DNA of 64,000 nt from Raillietiella orientalis (taxonomy: Eukaryota): the NCBI GenBank assembly GCA_036172245.1, contig JAYWIR010000007.1, forward strand, positions 1,550,001 to 1,614,000, in the 5' to 3' direction. The notes under the pieces were generated by a model. It saw nothing but the letters and a program-made list of their open reading frames with translations. It did no database searches and was not told where the DNA came from. Of the stretch, positions 39,901 through 53,000 are shown in pieces (position 1 is the first letter of the stretch; every line of letters begins with the position of its first letter). Made by a program: the position numbers and the translations under genes.

Positions 39901-40872
39901 AGTGTTCACCTCCTCCCCTCCCTTTCTCTCTCTCTCTCGGAGGGCAGCAGGAGGGGATGAGATCCGACGAGATGGCGGTGCCCGGAGAGATCGCGCAGAA
40001 GTCGACCAGAAACAAGCAGGCGACTTTTATCAAGACTGGGACGATGGACTTTTGCCTCCGTCTGAGACCATCGGAGGATGCCTCGGATAGGGACAAATGC
40101 CTGCAGGGCCGCGAGCTGCGAACGACGCGTCGATTCGGCCTGGCACGAGCGGAACTGGGAACGGAGACGACGTTTTCCCAGTAGGGAGTGTCCTCTCCCT
40201 GCGCTTCTTTTTTTTTAAATGGTTTCTATAAACGTATCTTCCTGGCCATATTATGCGATTCTGTTTATCCTAACTACATTAGGCAAATTGGAGCCGTCGT
40301 CTCGGAAGTCCGGCTTTGCGGCGTGGCGTCGGCGCCCGCGATCAGCATGGCGTCCAAAAATTCAAGTCGAGCCACTTGAAGCGTCAGGGCTGACATGGCG
40401 GCGAAGCGCCGCACCGCATGAGGAGTTTTAAGTGACGAAGCCCATGTGTAGAATATATTATAGAGAGCGAAGGAGTGGCTATTCGATACGGATACATAAC
40501 TATTCCTTAATATTTTATAATCATCCGTAACGGTCCATATTCAAAAACGGGGCCCTAAACATGAATCAAAGCTTACCTGGTCCCCCCAATTCTAAACATC
40601 ATGCAAAGCGCCTGGGGTAATACAAGTACTATTGGATAGCATCGAATAAGGTCATCAAATGTAAATATGTGTGGCTGTAAAAAATATCAACTGACAGAAT
40701 GGATCTTAGCGCTGTAGACTGCTAATCGCCTATCTCGTCCTTCCACGGTACTCTTTTGTCGAGACAGGTGTTGGCGAAAGGCAAGCAGTCCGGTGGAAAG
40801 AGAGGGGTGGCTGGATAGGAATCGAGGGCCCTGCTCTCCAGGAAGTCCTTCAAGAATGCGCAAGGTGCGTAC

Positions 40873-41017
40873 CTCTCTTCACGTCGATGAAGTAGCCGGG
40901 GTTGTACTTCGGCACGTTCCGCCTGACGCAATTGGCTTCGCTTCTCGTCGACCGGAAGCGCCTCGGCTGCTCCACCGGCAGGATTCGTCGCCTCTTCTTG
41001 GGCAGCTTGGATCTGGC
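40873..41017 (-). CDS. Shaw: Shaw-family channel exon: proximal cytoplasmic C-terminus (not in the ORF track)
   Basis: ctcctcgtag|GCC AGA TCC AAG CTG CCC AAG AAG AGG CGA = [23 protein letters not shown]..., the motif that follows S6 in Kv3/Shaw. It ends AGA G|gtacgc (phase 1), 14.1 kb downstream of the pore exon. Confidence 0.88.
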
Positions 41018-44000
41018 CTACGAGGAGACGGGGGTGAGTCACCCTGCCACGGAGCTCTTCGAGGCCAGCTGCGGTCGTCCCGCGGGAACGCCGCTGCCGC
41101 CGACCCGAGCACGCACTTTCGCCGCGGGATGCCTGCCGAAAAGCGGTGCCGGTGGGGCGTGTGTGGGTAGCTGGGAGAGGGCGAGGGGAGGAGAGAGTGC
41201 CTCTTGGTGGTAGCCAAGGGAACAGGACGCGGAGGTCACCGCAGCGTCGATTTCGGAGGGGCGGGCGGCACTCTGTGTCCCTGGATTCGGGCAGAGACTC
41301 GTTCCAGGGCGAGTGAGAGGGGAGAGGATGCGTCGCGGGACCAAGGGTCGCCGAAGAGCCAGATCTGCAGGGAAGATCGGGAAGGAGATGGATGAACTCT
41401 CGGAAGGAGGAGAGACGAAAAGGCGCGGGAGACCGCCTTCGCGAACCTCTGCTCGGGGTTTGGTGGTGGGAGATTCCATGAAGAGAATGGTGCACCGCTG
41501 TAGCTTATCCGAGGTCCCTTGCGGATCCCGGGGGAAAATTGCTCCGCCATCCTGGGGTTGCCCCAGTCGGCCGTTTCGTGATCGGAAAACGGAGGGCTGC
41601 AGGGCGAGACTCTGGAGCGGGCGGCTCCGCCGCCAGAGTGCCCTCTGGCGCGCCACGCCAGCTCTTCTTCGACGCGGGACCGGAGATGCCGACTCGCGCC
41701 CTTTCCCTGCTGCGTCACTCAGCCAGCTCCAAGCCGATAGCCAGGCAACTGGGAACTTCGTCCGCTGCCTCCGCCTGCTCTCCAGGTCGCGCTCTCTCCG
41801 GCCCATCTTTGCAGGACAGCAACGAGTTAGCTGAGGGTTGTTCCCCGAGCGTTCCGGACTTCAAATTTCTTCTTTTCTTTTTTTTGGGGAGGGAGGGGGG
41901 GAGGACTGTGAGTGTTCTTCAACTGGTCACTGTGACTTAGAGGAGGAGGATGCCCCCCCGCCCTGGTGCTTCAGCCATCTGCCTGCGCGGCCTTCATGGA
42001 ACGCAAGCTCTGACTCCTCTTCGAGGTGCATCGCGAGATCCCTGCAGACCGGGCCTGATGTCAAGAAATTTCGCGAGAGGAGCTCGGTATCTCCGCTCGT
42101 CTCTGCTGCTCTCAACTTCCCATCATCAAGAGGCCACGACCAGTTCGTCCCGAAGAGCAGGAACCGCAAGGACCAGCAGCCTACGAGTATTCCGAAATGA
42201 CCTCCCGCCTAACCCTTGCCCTCGGACGCTTCCTTCCTCCCAAAAGTGGTCCAGGAGAGTGGTTGCTGCGAACGCCGTGAGATCACTTTCACTCTCAGTA
42301 GCTCCCTAAATGACTCTATGTCGTCGTGAGGCCGGCTTTCCACGCAACGAGGCGAAATTTACTGCTTCATCCCGCTGGAGCCCCCCTTTCTCCCTGCTCC
42401 GAGATGTGTTTTGCCGGCATCTTCACGCGCCGTGATTCCGACCGTCAGCGGGGAGCAGTGGCATGGCCCAGTCCCGGGATGGCGACCCGATGCCGTCTCT
42501 GTAGCAGCGGACGGTGGCCACTTCGGAGTAGTAAGCCGAGAGGGAGAGGACGGCCTCTTCCCGGAGAGCTCCAGGAAAGCGGGAGGAAGTGAGCGTTCCC
42601 TCCGCGGGGGGAGGCTCTGAGAAAGGGAAGCGGGGAAAGATGAGGTCCCTATGGAGACGGAAGACAAATTCGATGCATCCTGCATCTCGGAGGGAGAGCC
42701 ATTTCCGCCCAGTGCGCTTTAAAAATTCAGCCATTCGCAGGAGGGGTGACGCACGGGCTGCGCACGTCCCGTGGGGAAAGGTGCAGCCAGTCCAGCTCCT
42801 CTTCAGCCCGCGCATCCCGCCGCTGTCTTGGGTCCCGCGCTGCCGGGAAGAGACGCCTCGGAAGTTCCCCGCACCCTCCGCCGCTTTTCCCGGAAGGAGC
42901 AGCGTTCCCTTCAAGGAAGGTCGCCGACCTCTTTCCCCATCGCCGAGGCTCCGCCCGCGCGAGGTGGGGCGTCTCGACCTTTCTGCCGGCCGGCAAGGGC
43001 CGCCACTTCCGGTTGACGCGAACGCTTCTCTGGGACTGCGAGAATTTCCTGGACGAGCAACTGCCCTCCGAGAGAGCGAGCGGGTTGGAAAGGGCCGCGA
43101 CAGCCCCCCCCCCATATCTTTATTTATATTCTTTATATGTGTATTTGTGGTCCCCTCCCTCCCGTTCCGGACTTTCGGTTTACCGAGCTGCGTATCGGGT
43201 ATCCCTCTGTTCGTTTTTCTGTGTCCTTTGTCCGGGAACTCTGTTCCCGGATAGTATAGAAATAAACGCCCTGGAGCACCTGGGTGGAAAACAGCCCCTG
43301 CGAGAGACCTTTCAAACGTTCCCTTTCCCCAGCGCTGCTGAGCGCATGGGGTGTGGGCGTGCACGCGTGGAGGCGCGTCGAGAGGGCTGTCTCCAGGTCA
43401 CCCTCGGAGTAGCGCGATAGGCGTCTGCGGTTAGCCGCCCTCCTCCGGTTGGGAGTCTCAGCGTATTCATAGCGCATTGCTCCCTTTCCTTCCTTTCTCC
43501 CCTCTTCCCCCCTCCCTCCCTGCTTCCGGTGCCGGAGATCAACCGGAAGAGCCCTCTTCTCTGTAAGGCAGGGAGTCCGCGGAGAGGACGCAGAATGCCC
43601 AGGGCAATGCTATTCTTGTCGAGCTTCCTGGTGGAATCCGGCGAAGGCGCGCGCTCCGAGAGGTGGTGGAGAAGAGGGAGAAGCAGCTGCCAGAGTCCGC
43701 ACCTGACTCCATCCGCCACCGGATGAAGAGGAACAGGAGGAGTTGGAGGACGGGGGGGGGGGGGGGGCTCGGTATCCCCCTCGAACCTCGGGGTCGCACA
43801 CACAAGCCGGCCTCCCCCTCTCGCTGAGAGTCGGGGATTCACTTGCAGCCGTGTCGGGAGCACAACGAGCCTGCAAATCCAGCCTGGCTCGTAGCAAGGC
43901 TCTTCCGGAGGGGGAGGGGGAGTCTGTGACCGTGCCGGGGAGCCGCACCACCAGCCGCAAACGATGTATCGAAAGCAGGGGGGCGCTGGATAACGCAACG

Positions 44001-47000
44001 CGCTTCGACAAAAGCGATCGGCTTGTTTTGCTGACCGCAGGCTGGCGCCTTGTAGTTTCCTCCCGAAGCGCATCTGGCTTCATCCTGTTTCAGCATCCGG
44101 GTTTATATGCCGCGGAAGTAGGAACTCTCGGACCCTTTCCCGTGGCTGTTTGGATTGGAAACCGTTCCACTATCGAACTTGCCTTGGGTTCGAAACCGCC
44201 CGTAGGCGGACCATCGAAGCTTCGCGGAACTGCATGGAGCGAGCTCAAAAAAGGGGGTGTGTGTCACTCCCCCCCCCTCGTCACCTCTTGAGTGGATGAC
44301 GTGATCCCCGCGCTGCTGCGGAATACGTGAAGGATGGCGGGAAGGGCTCGGGGGGGGGGGGGCGCGCGTCCATATAGAGGAGACGAACTCATTGCTCTCT
44401 CACAAAATGGAAACGGATGTGTTGCTTAATCTCTCTCGACCGTCGTCGCTCCCGGGCTGCTCCTTCCCCCTCGCGGGGGAGGGGGGGGGGGGAAGGATCA
44501 CGCCCAAAAAGGAGTGTGTGTTCTCTCTCGCTGCAACGAGGGGAGCATCCCGTAAAAAGGGGAGCAGAAAAAAATTCCTCAGGTGGTTGCTGCCCCCATC
44601 ACCACCACCACCACCACCACCTGAGTGTGTTGTGGTGGTGGTGGCACAACCACGCGCGCGCACTTCCTTCCCCCCCCGCTCCCCCCAGCCCCAGCTCTAC
44701 ACGCGTGTGTTGTTTTTTCTGGACCATGTGCACCGCCGCGATAGAGCGGCGTGTACGACACCGGTTGCGCGCACCCAGAGGGGTTGTTCCAACGGGGGTC
44801 ACAGGGGACCGCGGAACTCGCAGGGCGGGCAGAGGAAATCGGACGCGGGCAGCGACAGGTGTTCGACGAAAGAGGACGAGAGTGGTGGATCTCCCGAAAA
44901 GAGATGCTGCCGGGAAGGAGTGTGTGTGTGTGGTCCAGGATGTTGCAGTGTGGGGGATTCGCACTCCGCGGAGAGGATTCCGCCCGAGGGCTCGCAACAT
45001 ATCCGTGGGTCGTCGTTCTTCCGACGGATGCTCCCCGGGAGAGGAGGAGGAGGAGGGTGAGCCTTATTTTCCGGGAAGCGCCTGCCTTGTAGTCGTCGGC
45101 AAGCATTTTTTCCCGAGGGAGCGATTCTCCGGTGACAAGGGGGGAAGGGGCGCTCCTCGTCTCTCACCCCTACTTTTCCCCAGGACTTTGAGGGCCGGTT
45201 CCTGCGGAGAGGGCGCCATCGCTGCCACGGCCCGCACGACAGACCTCCCGGCACGCGGTAAACACGGCAGCCGGGTCCTGGCGGGACGAGGTTGAAATTT
45301 AATGATTTCATTCACGATTCCCGAAGGACGCGCGGCGTCACCGCCTCCCCGCCTTACGGTTTCGGAACGGTCTATTCATTAGGGCGGATCCTCGGCAGCT
45401 ACTCTCGCGGAGGAATTATATTCCAGGGAGATATTAGCTTCGATATGAATATTCAATTTCGTCCGGAGAACCCTTCTCCTTGGCGCCTTGGATACCCTCA
45501 GCATCCCCAGCTTGCAGAGCCGATATCCAGAGTTCGCTCGCAGCCTCTGATTTATTGCACCCGTAGCCTGTTCTTTCTTTCTTCCTCCTTTTCCCTAATC
45601 CAATTTTGTAGAATTAGCCATTTACTTCTACAGAGATGACGTGTGCTCGAATTTTGTAGAATTAGCTTTTTGTTTTTGTTTTTTCCAAATAGGGGAGAGC
45701 GAACTTCTCGTGTCTTCGGGACGCGTGGGATTCCACAGAGTGGATTTTTTTGCAAAAAAGGAAAAGGGGGAGAGAGAGATAGGGGAAAAATAAGAAAAGA
45801 AAGGCGAGAGAGGTGCGGCGGTATCATTTTGATGGAGAGACAACTTCGGGTCCAACGGATCTTCATTAAAGAAAAGTTTTCCTCAGTGAAATTAACCGAT
45901 CGGGATGCTGTTGGCCTCGGTTCGAATTTCTCATCTGGCAAGACTGCTGGGTCTCGACCGGGAGGAAACTTTCCGAAGAATCTTCCTCTCGAGAGCTCCT
46001 GCAGCGCGAGAAGCCCATGAAAATCCATTTCCGGAAAGAAATAAATTTCTCTCCCTTCGCATTGTCGCAGCCTCCCCTCCCAAATTCCTGTAATTACCGC
46101 CTCCTGTCACCGATGGCACTTCGATCGCCTTCCATCACTCATCCGGGAATATTTTTGAACGAAGGAAAAAACAAAACAAAAACAAAAACAAACGGCCGCA
46201 CTGATTGAGATGGGCTGCGAACGGTCTCCAGATGTTCGGCTCTCTGAGTGGAGCGTACGAAGAAGCGAACGGAGAGCAGAGCAACAGGGAGGGGATTCCA
46301 CCTCCGCTTCCGGTTGCCATGACCGCCTGTCGCTTTTCGAACGCCATTATTTACGGCGGAGAACCGGGTAATTAACGTCCTCTAAGCCCGCCAGAGTCCT
46401 CTTTTGTTTCCCTACGAAATGGAGGCATTCGATCCATCTCTCCCCCTTTTTTTTTTTCCTCCGAGGCGGTAATGATTTCGAGTAGCGTCATGCAGGTGTT
46501 TCGGAGCATGGAATTTGCTTCCGCGAAGCGATCTTACCCGTGCGGGAGGACGGGAGAGGCGCGCGCCTCCCGGCAAGGGGGGGGGGGGGGAGGGGAGGGG
46601 AGAGGCGTGCAGCGTCGCGGGCGGCTTTGCGTCTGCGCGTGCGCGCCACGCGCTGCGAACCAGCAACAACCCGGGCGCCGGAGCGGTCCGCAGCGCTCCT
46701 CGCGCGGAGGAGGCGAACCTTCCACTCGAATGCTGCTGCGGAGCATCTGTTCCTGATGTCCCACCATCCGCTTCATCTGTTCCTGATGTCCGCGAGGGGT
46801 TATTTTTCAGGCCCACTTTCACGTGCACGCTATCCCGTGGCGCCGCGCCGTGCCAGATCCGAGTCCACCTTGCGAGTTCGTCCCCATGGATCCGCGCGCT
46901 GCCCGCCCCCCGCGTCGGGGAGCTGTGACGGCATCCTCGGCAGGATGCCCGTCGAGGACTCCCGAGCAGGTGCGACTCCCACCGGGAGGCAGTCGCGGAG

Positions 47001-50000
47001 TTTCGCCCGCTCCATACCCCTCCCGCATGATGCTCCGGGAATCGGCAGGCGGTGGGAAGCCAGGCTCTCTCCCGGGATTCCCCGAACCGCACGGTCTGCC
47101 CCGTGAGCTCGAGAGGACCTCTCCCGCCGGCCTTCTGGAGAGCACTCCGGGATCCACCTCTCTCGCCCCAGGAGCGACCGGGAAGGGATACAGTCCACTC
47201 TACGTGCCGTCCCTCTCTGCCGTTTCTCGGAGCCCACTCTGTCAATCCCAAAAGCTGCCCCGAGGGCCTGCGCCGTCGCCCCTCTTTCTGACTTGCCGAC
47301 GAGCGTTCGGGAGCGCGCTCCGCTCCTGATTCCCGTCCCAGCGGCACGCTCGCCGGGGGCGCTGAGCACCACCGAACGCTCCGAGGTCTCCTTCCCACTC
47401 CCGAGGCCACCACCGCCCTGCAGCACTTCACAGAGAGCGCCAGCACTTCTTCGGCGGGACCGAGCCTTCTCGAGTCCGCGAGCTATGGAGACGCGGAGCG
47501 CTCGACCGCATCCGCGGTCTGGACCTGGACCGGCGCGTCATAAGAATCCTCCAGCTTCTCTCTTCCCCCCTCCCCCCCCCGGCTCGCTGCTGCGAGGCCT
47601 TTCCCTACGTGACTTTCTTTCGACGGCGCATCTTCTCCGGGAAGATGCGCCGTCCCCCTGGACCGGGCACACCGGGAACGTCGGCGTCGGAGGGAGTTCC
47701 GGATCGAAGCATCTGAGACGTAGGCCTCGGGCAACGGCCCGGGGCGCATCCCTCCACTCGCGCTTAGCTCGCGGAGATCCGGCAGCCGCGGATCGAGCGG
47801 GAGAGAGGAGGGAGGAAGGAAGGGACACTCCTGGCTCCGATGCGGGCTCGCCGGGAGCGAGGTCTGGATGCGAACGACGGAACGGGCGGCAGGACCATGA
47901 AGTCGTCCATCTTTCTGGGTCGCCTTCCGGGCCGCAGGTGAATGCAAAGGATTCGGCCCGGGCGGAGAACAGAGATCTGCCTGACCGGATGCGGATGAGG
48001 GAAGGGACGCTGGGGAAGGTTTCGGGGATTCCGTCCGAAGCGGTGCAATTGCGAATTCGGGAACGTTAGGGAAACGCTTGTCAGGGTTGCAGGACGCGGC
48101 GAAGTAAACGTTGGCGGTGAGAATCCGACCGCAGCCAATCAGAAACCGCAGGCGCACGTTTGGCGGGAAAAACGTGCGCGGCGGCGGCCGTTCCCAGCGA
48201 GAGAGAGAGCTCGCCTGGCTATGGGATCCTTTGCGGGGGAGGGAAGGAACGCACGGTCTCCTGGAGGCGGCTCGAAGCAGGACGTTCTCTGTCCCCCCTG
48301 GGAACGAGCGTGGGTCGCAGCGGCGGCCTGGCCCCTTCGGTGGCTTCTCTGGCACCCTCAGGTGTTTGCCTGACGGGGGTCGGAGGTCCATCGCACGTGC
48401 GGCCGCTGCTGTCGCCCGCAGCGCGCGCCCTCGGTCACGGAGGGAATGCCTCCGCCGAGTTTCGCGACAACCCACTAGAACGCTCTCTCTCCCAGGGGGT
48501 TGAGAAACCGCCTTCTCGGAATAATGCCTGGTGAGCTGGAATCTCCCCTTCCCCCCCCCCCCCATGGACCCTCTCCTCACGGGGACACCAGGGAGATGCA
48601 GAGGGAGACCTCTCCTGTCTCCCCTGCCCCCTCCCTTTCCGCCGTCTCCGGACTTGGTGGGCTGCCGAGAGCAAGTAGCGAGAGGAGAACGGGAAGAGTG
48701 ACGCCGCCTTCTCGCTCGACGGACGACCACACCCCAGCGGAGGGAGGGGTGGCGGTGGTGAACCAAGTCATTTCCGCGTCACGGAGGGGAGGAGCCTCTC
48801 CTGCACGGTATTGCCATGACCTTCGACCTGCTGGCGCGCGCACGGGTTGCCGGCAAGAAGGACGGACGACAACGATCCACCGCCCGTCCACCCCTCCCGT
48901 TTTCGCCCGTCCGTTTTTGCCTACTTGCGGCCGTCCCCGCACGACGGCATCCCCCTCGCCTCGTCGTCGCTCCTTCTGACGTCACTTCTGTCCAGCAGCT
49001 GCCGTTTAGCGGAGTTTTTGGCGCACCGATCTCCCGCCGCTCGCTGAGGCGTCGCACGCCTCCCTCAAGCGTGACCTCGTCCAAAGAGGGTGCCGGGCAT
49101 CGCGGACCGCTCAGGTGGCACCCGACCGACCTGCCCTCGCGATCTGCGACGCAGCGGGAAGGGACCGCAGTCCAGGGGCGACTCTGCTCGGCCGTCTCTC
49201 CGCCGGGCATCGCGTCGTGCAAGGGTCACGGGCGGCGGTAGTCACTCCTGGCGTTCGGAACGGAGCTCTGCACGATCGAAGCGGCTTTGGCCTTCGCCTT
49301 CCCTCGTTACCGGGAAACCTTCGCCTTCGGGAGGGGACCAGGCGTGGCGTCTCGGGCTCAAGTGGACGGCGCGTACCTCGTGGTTTCCAGCAGCGGGCCG
49401 CTTTTCGTAGTTGAGGCCCAAGCTTCCGGAGGACGGCGGAGCTGGTTGCCGGGGGAAACGGATGAGGCGCAGGCGAGTGCCGACAGCGCTCCCTGCCCAC
49501 GGCTTTACCCAGCAGCGCGCTCAAGGAAACGATCCCGCCAGCGAGACGCGCCCACCTCGCCGCGCGCCTCCGAGTGCCCCCCTCCCCCTCCCCGGTCGCA
49601 CCCCCTCCGATGTGACGCTCAAGTCGGTTCGCCTCCGCTCCAGGGAAGCGCGACCTGACGTTCCTCCTCTGCGCGAGGAACGCCGCGGCCCCGCTAGCAA
49701 CCGTCCCGCCCCGCTCTCAGGAGAGTCCCAATTTTGGAAACTTCCGGACAGTCCCAGGGGAGCGCCCCATGCACTCTGAGATGAGGGTTCAGAGGGGTCT
49801 TCGCTTCAGGGGACAGGGGAAGCGTCTGGATAGAAATGGCTCCCGCTTTCTCGGCGCCCTTCCTGCCCCGCGTGGGATGCGCGGGTCGAGGACGGCGTGC
49901 CGTGACGCGGGAGCGGAATCGAGCCAGGTGGCTTTTGGTGCTCTTCCCGTTTAAAGGAAATCCTGCAAGGAAACAATGAACACAAAAAAAAAAGAGAGGG

Positions 50001-53000
50001 AAGAAGGGGCGGGAATTCCGTCTGTCGGCACCTTAATCGATTCGTGTTCCTCCGCGTAAAAACCGACGAGATGTGGTTTCCCACTTCCCTCCCCCCCCGC
50101 TCTCCTCCTCCCCAATGCAAACGCGGCCCCGTGGGACGCCGTGCGCCAATCAGGGTCGCGCGCGCTTCGTCAGGGAAGTACGAAACCTCCGAGGGTGAAA
50201 TCGAAGACCTCGATCCCGGAACCCGGTCGCTGCTGCGTTCTCTTCGTCGACGTCCTTCCTGCGAGCGCCGCCTGCGCACGCCTGGCGCGGGCAGGTGGTG
50301 CGAGGAACATCCGGAGGGCAGGGACGGAAGGGGCACTCGTCGTCATCCGCACGGGGGGCAACAGACCTTTCCCTCCTCTAGTCACCCTGCGGAGTCCTGA
50401 TCGATCCGGTCGCTCCCTGAGCGCGAACTGGCGGCCCTTCGATGAACATCGAGGCCTTCCGCAGACACATCGAGATGGGCGCGTCGGGTGCCTCGGAAAA
50501 AAAGGGAAAGCGAGGAGGGGGGGGAGGGAATTTCCTTCCTCTCTTTCCTCCTCCCCCCAGTTCCAGGGTGCCTGTGGAACCACCCTCTCCGGATCCCGAG
50601 GAAGGGAAAGGCTGGCCGCTCGGAACGCAGGAAGAAATTTGTGAACTCGAGGTATCCGGCCGGGAAGAGAAGGGGCTGCTGCTCCCTGCTCACGCGATCC
50701 CCAACAACCCTGGCACCCGTTCTCTTGGATTGTTTCCGCAGCGTGGGACTTCCTCCTTTTCTTGGATCCGGAGATGAACGGCAGCCCTCAGAGGACCCCG
50801 CGAGAAACTCGAGTCCCGTGGAACCCTCCGAAAAGCGGAAGTGGCGTTCCTGTTGATTTAATAAGAAGCCGCCTGCATCGGCCTCGTGAGCTCTCCATCT
50901 ATTATCGGAGAAAGAAAGTAAACACCACCCGCGTCGCCAGTGTGCTTCGAGCGCATTTTGATCCCTTTTAGTGCTCGGGGATTTCGCGGTGCTTCTCCTG
51001 GAAGGGACTTCGGCGCTCGAGAACGCCTCCTCGGGGATCTTGGCCTCGCTGGAGAAACCTTCCGCCCTTTCCGCCCCCACGATGCTGTTGCACCCATGCC
51101 GTCTTCCCTCGCTTTCCGACCGAAGTCAGGGAGACAGCGGCGCCGAGCCGGCGGAAACTCTTGGGGAGCAGCCATCGATCCGAAGGAGTCCATCCGACAC
51201 CAGGTACACGCCAGCAAAGTGCACGGTGTTCGCTGCTGCCCCCGCGTGAGGGCCCTGGACCGGGCGATCCACGTCGCAGCCGTCGGGACGCCACCACCGG
51301 GATGCGCAACTCGCCGAGCAACTGACGCCGTCAAGAGACGGACTGGGATCGCCGCCGGCGCCGTAGCAGTGCCGCTGCGGGTGTTCCGCGGCGCGCCGGG
51401 TCACGGGGGGAACCCGTGGAGGGCAAATGCGGATCCGCGGGGAAGAGGAAGAGAGTCGGCTGGCCGACTCTGGAGGGGAAGAGAACTTTCTGTTGACTTC
51501 CTCCTGAAGGCCAACAGAAAGGTCCGAAGGGACCACTCACGGCCCACAGTCCTGAAAGCTTCGAGAAGCCTCGAGATGGCTTCGCTCTTCTCGGAGCGAA
51601 GGCCGGCGCCGGGACTTCCGGAAAGGAAGAGATTCCCGGAGAGTTTCCGGCTCCGGAAAAGGGGAGGCGCCTTTCGCTGCATTCGCAGCTCCTCATGCCT
51701 CCAGAATCACCGCTGCCGATAAGGCTCCGAGCGAGTTCGGCAGGTGCGCGCGCACGGATGGCAGAAGGTAAGACGGCTCAGCATGGAGGAGGGGAGAGGA
51801 GGAGGCAAGGAAAACCCATGCAGGGGGGGCAGCGGACCCGAAGACCCCCACCCGCAGGGAGGAGCGACGGTACCCACGTGAGTGCAGGAGGAAGGGCAGA
51901 TTCTCCTCCTGCCATTGACCCTAGACTCGCGGTGAGGAGGTCGCTCAGCGGGAGTCACCCGGAAGTCCGGGTTCGAGGGGAGGCGGACGCCGCGCGCTGA
52001 GGCGGGGAGGACGGAGGGGGGAGACGCCGAAAAACTGCTTCCGTCCGTCAAACGCAGCTGCGTGTTTCCGGGACACTGCCCGCTTCCCTTCCGAATGGCG
52101 TCCCGGGATCTCCCCTCCTTCGGGAGGCTTCGCCCTGGGGGCGATTTCTCCGGAAGAGAGAGAGGGGGGAAGGAGAACCCCTTCCCGGGACAGACGGAGG
52201 GCTGACGGAACGAAGCCACGATGAGCAGCGCGGGACGCAAGGGAGCCAACCTCCGGTATACGACGGAGAGGGATTGCGGAAGAAGAGGGGGAGTTTCGCG
52301 TCCCTCCCGCCTGCCCCTCCCCCTTTCTTCTCGCGACGAGGTGAGCGACTGCACGTCTCTCCCTCCTCCGGAGCAAAAGGAGGGGGGGGCGCCTGCGCGG
52401 AGGGCCCGCCGAGTTCCCGCGGTCCTTCTCTTCCTGCATCTCCAGGCTCCTGACGCGCTGCTTTCCCCATGGTAGCGGAAAAGTCGGAATGGGAGGCAGC
52501 GTCCGGGGCCGCCTCTCGGGCGAAACTCCACCGCCAACTTTCACGGAACGGGTCCAGAGGCTGCTCCCGCACCGATCTGCAAAGCGAACTTCCACGATGA
52601 TGAAAAGGAGACGGGAATGAGAACAATATGGCGACCATTCTTTGGAGGGAAGGCGAACTCGGTCGCCGGGATCGATCTCCTCGAAAGAGAGAGGGAGGAA
52701 GGGGACGTCTCGCCTGCGATTCACCCCCCCCCCCTCTTCTTTCCCTCCCTCCTTCCCTCGTTCGGGATAGCCTTGGGAGCAGCGGATGGGCCCGACATTC
52801 GGGCCGGGGTCGGGAATCAGTCGAGGGATTCATCCTCGCCGCGGGAGTTCCCCTCCCCTTCGCTCTCCTGCTGTCGACCCCTCCTCCACGCCCTGGAGCT
52901 CTCCTTCGCCCCGCTGATCCCCTTCGGAGGTCGGGATGCCTCGAGACTTCCGGCCTCTCGCAGTCAACTATATCCCGGTCCTCTTGAACCCTCCCCCCCG

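Noticed and set aside
44120..44215. tRNA gene around gggttcgaaaccgccc
   Set aside because: Only a T-loop-like motif is present, with no acceptor stem, D arm or anticodon arm.
45602..46791. Short direct repeats as a CRISPR-like array
   Set aside because: Each repeat has only two copies, the two repeats are unrelated, the context is a eukaryotic intron and there are no cas genes.
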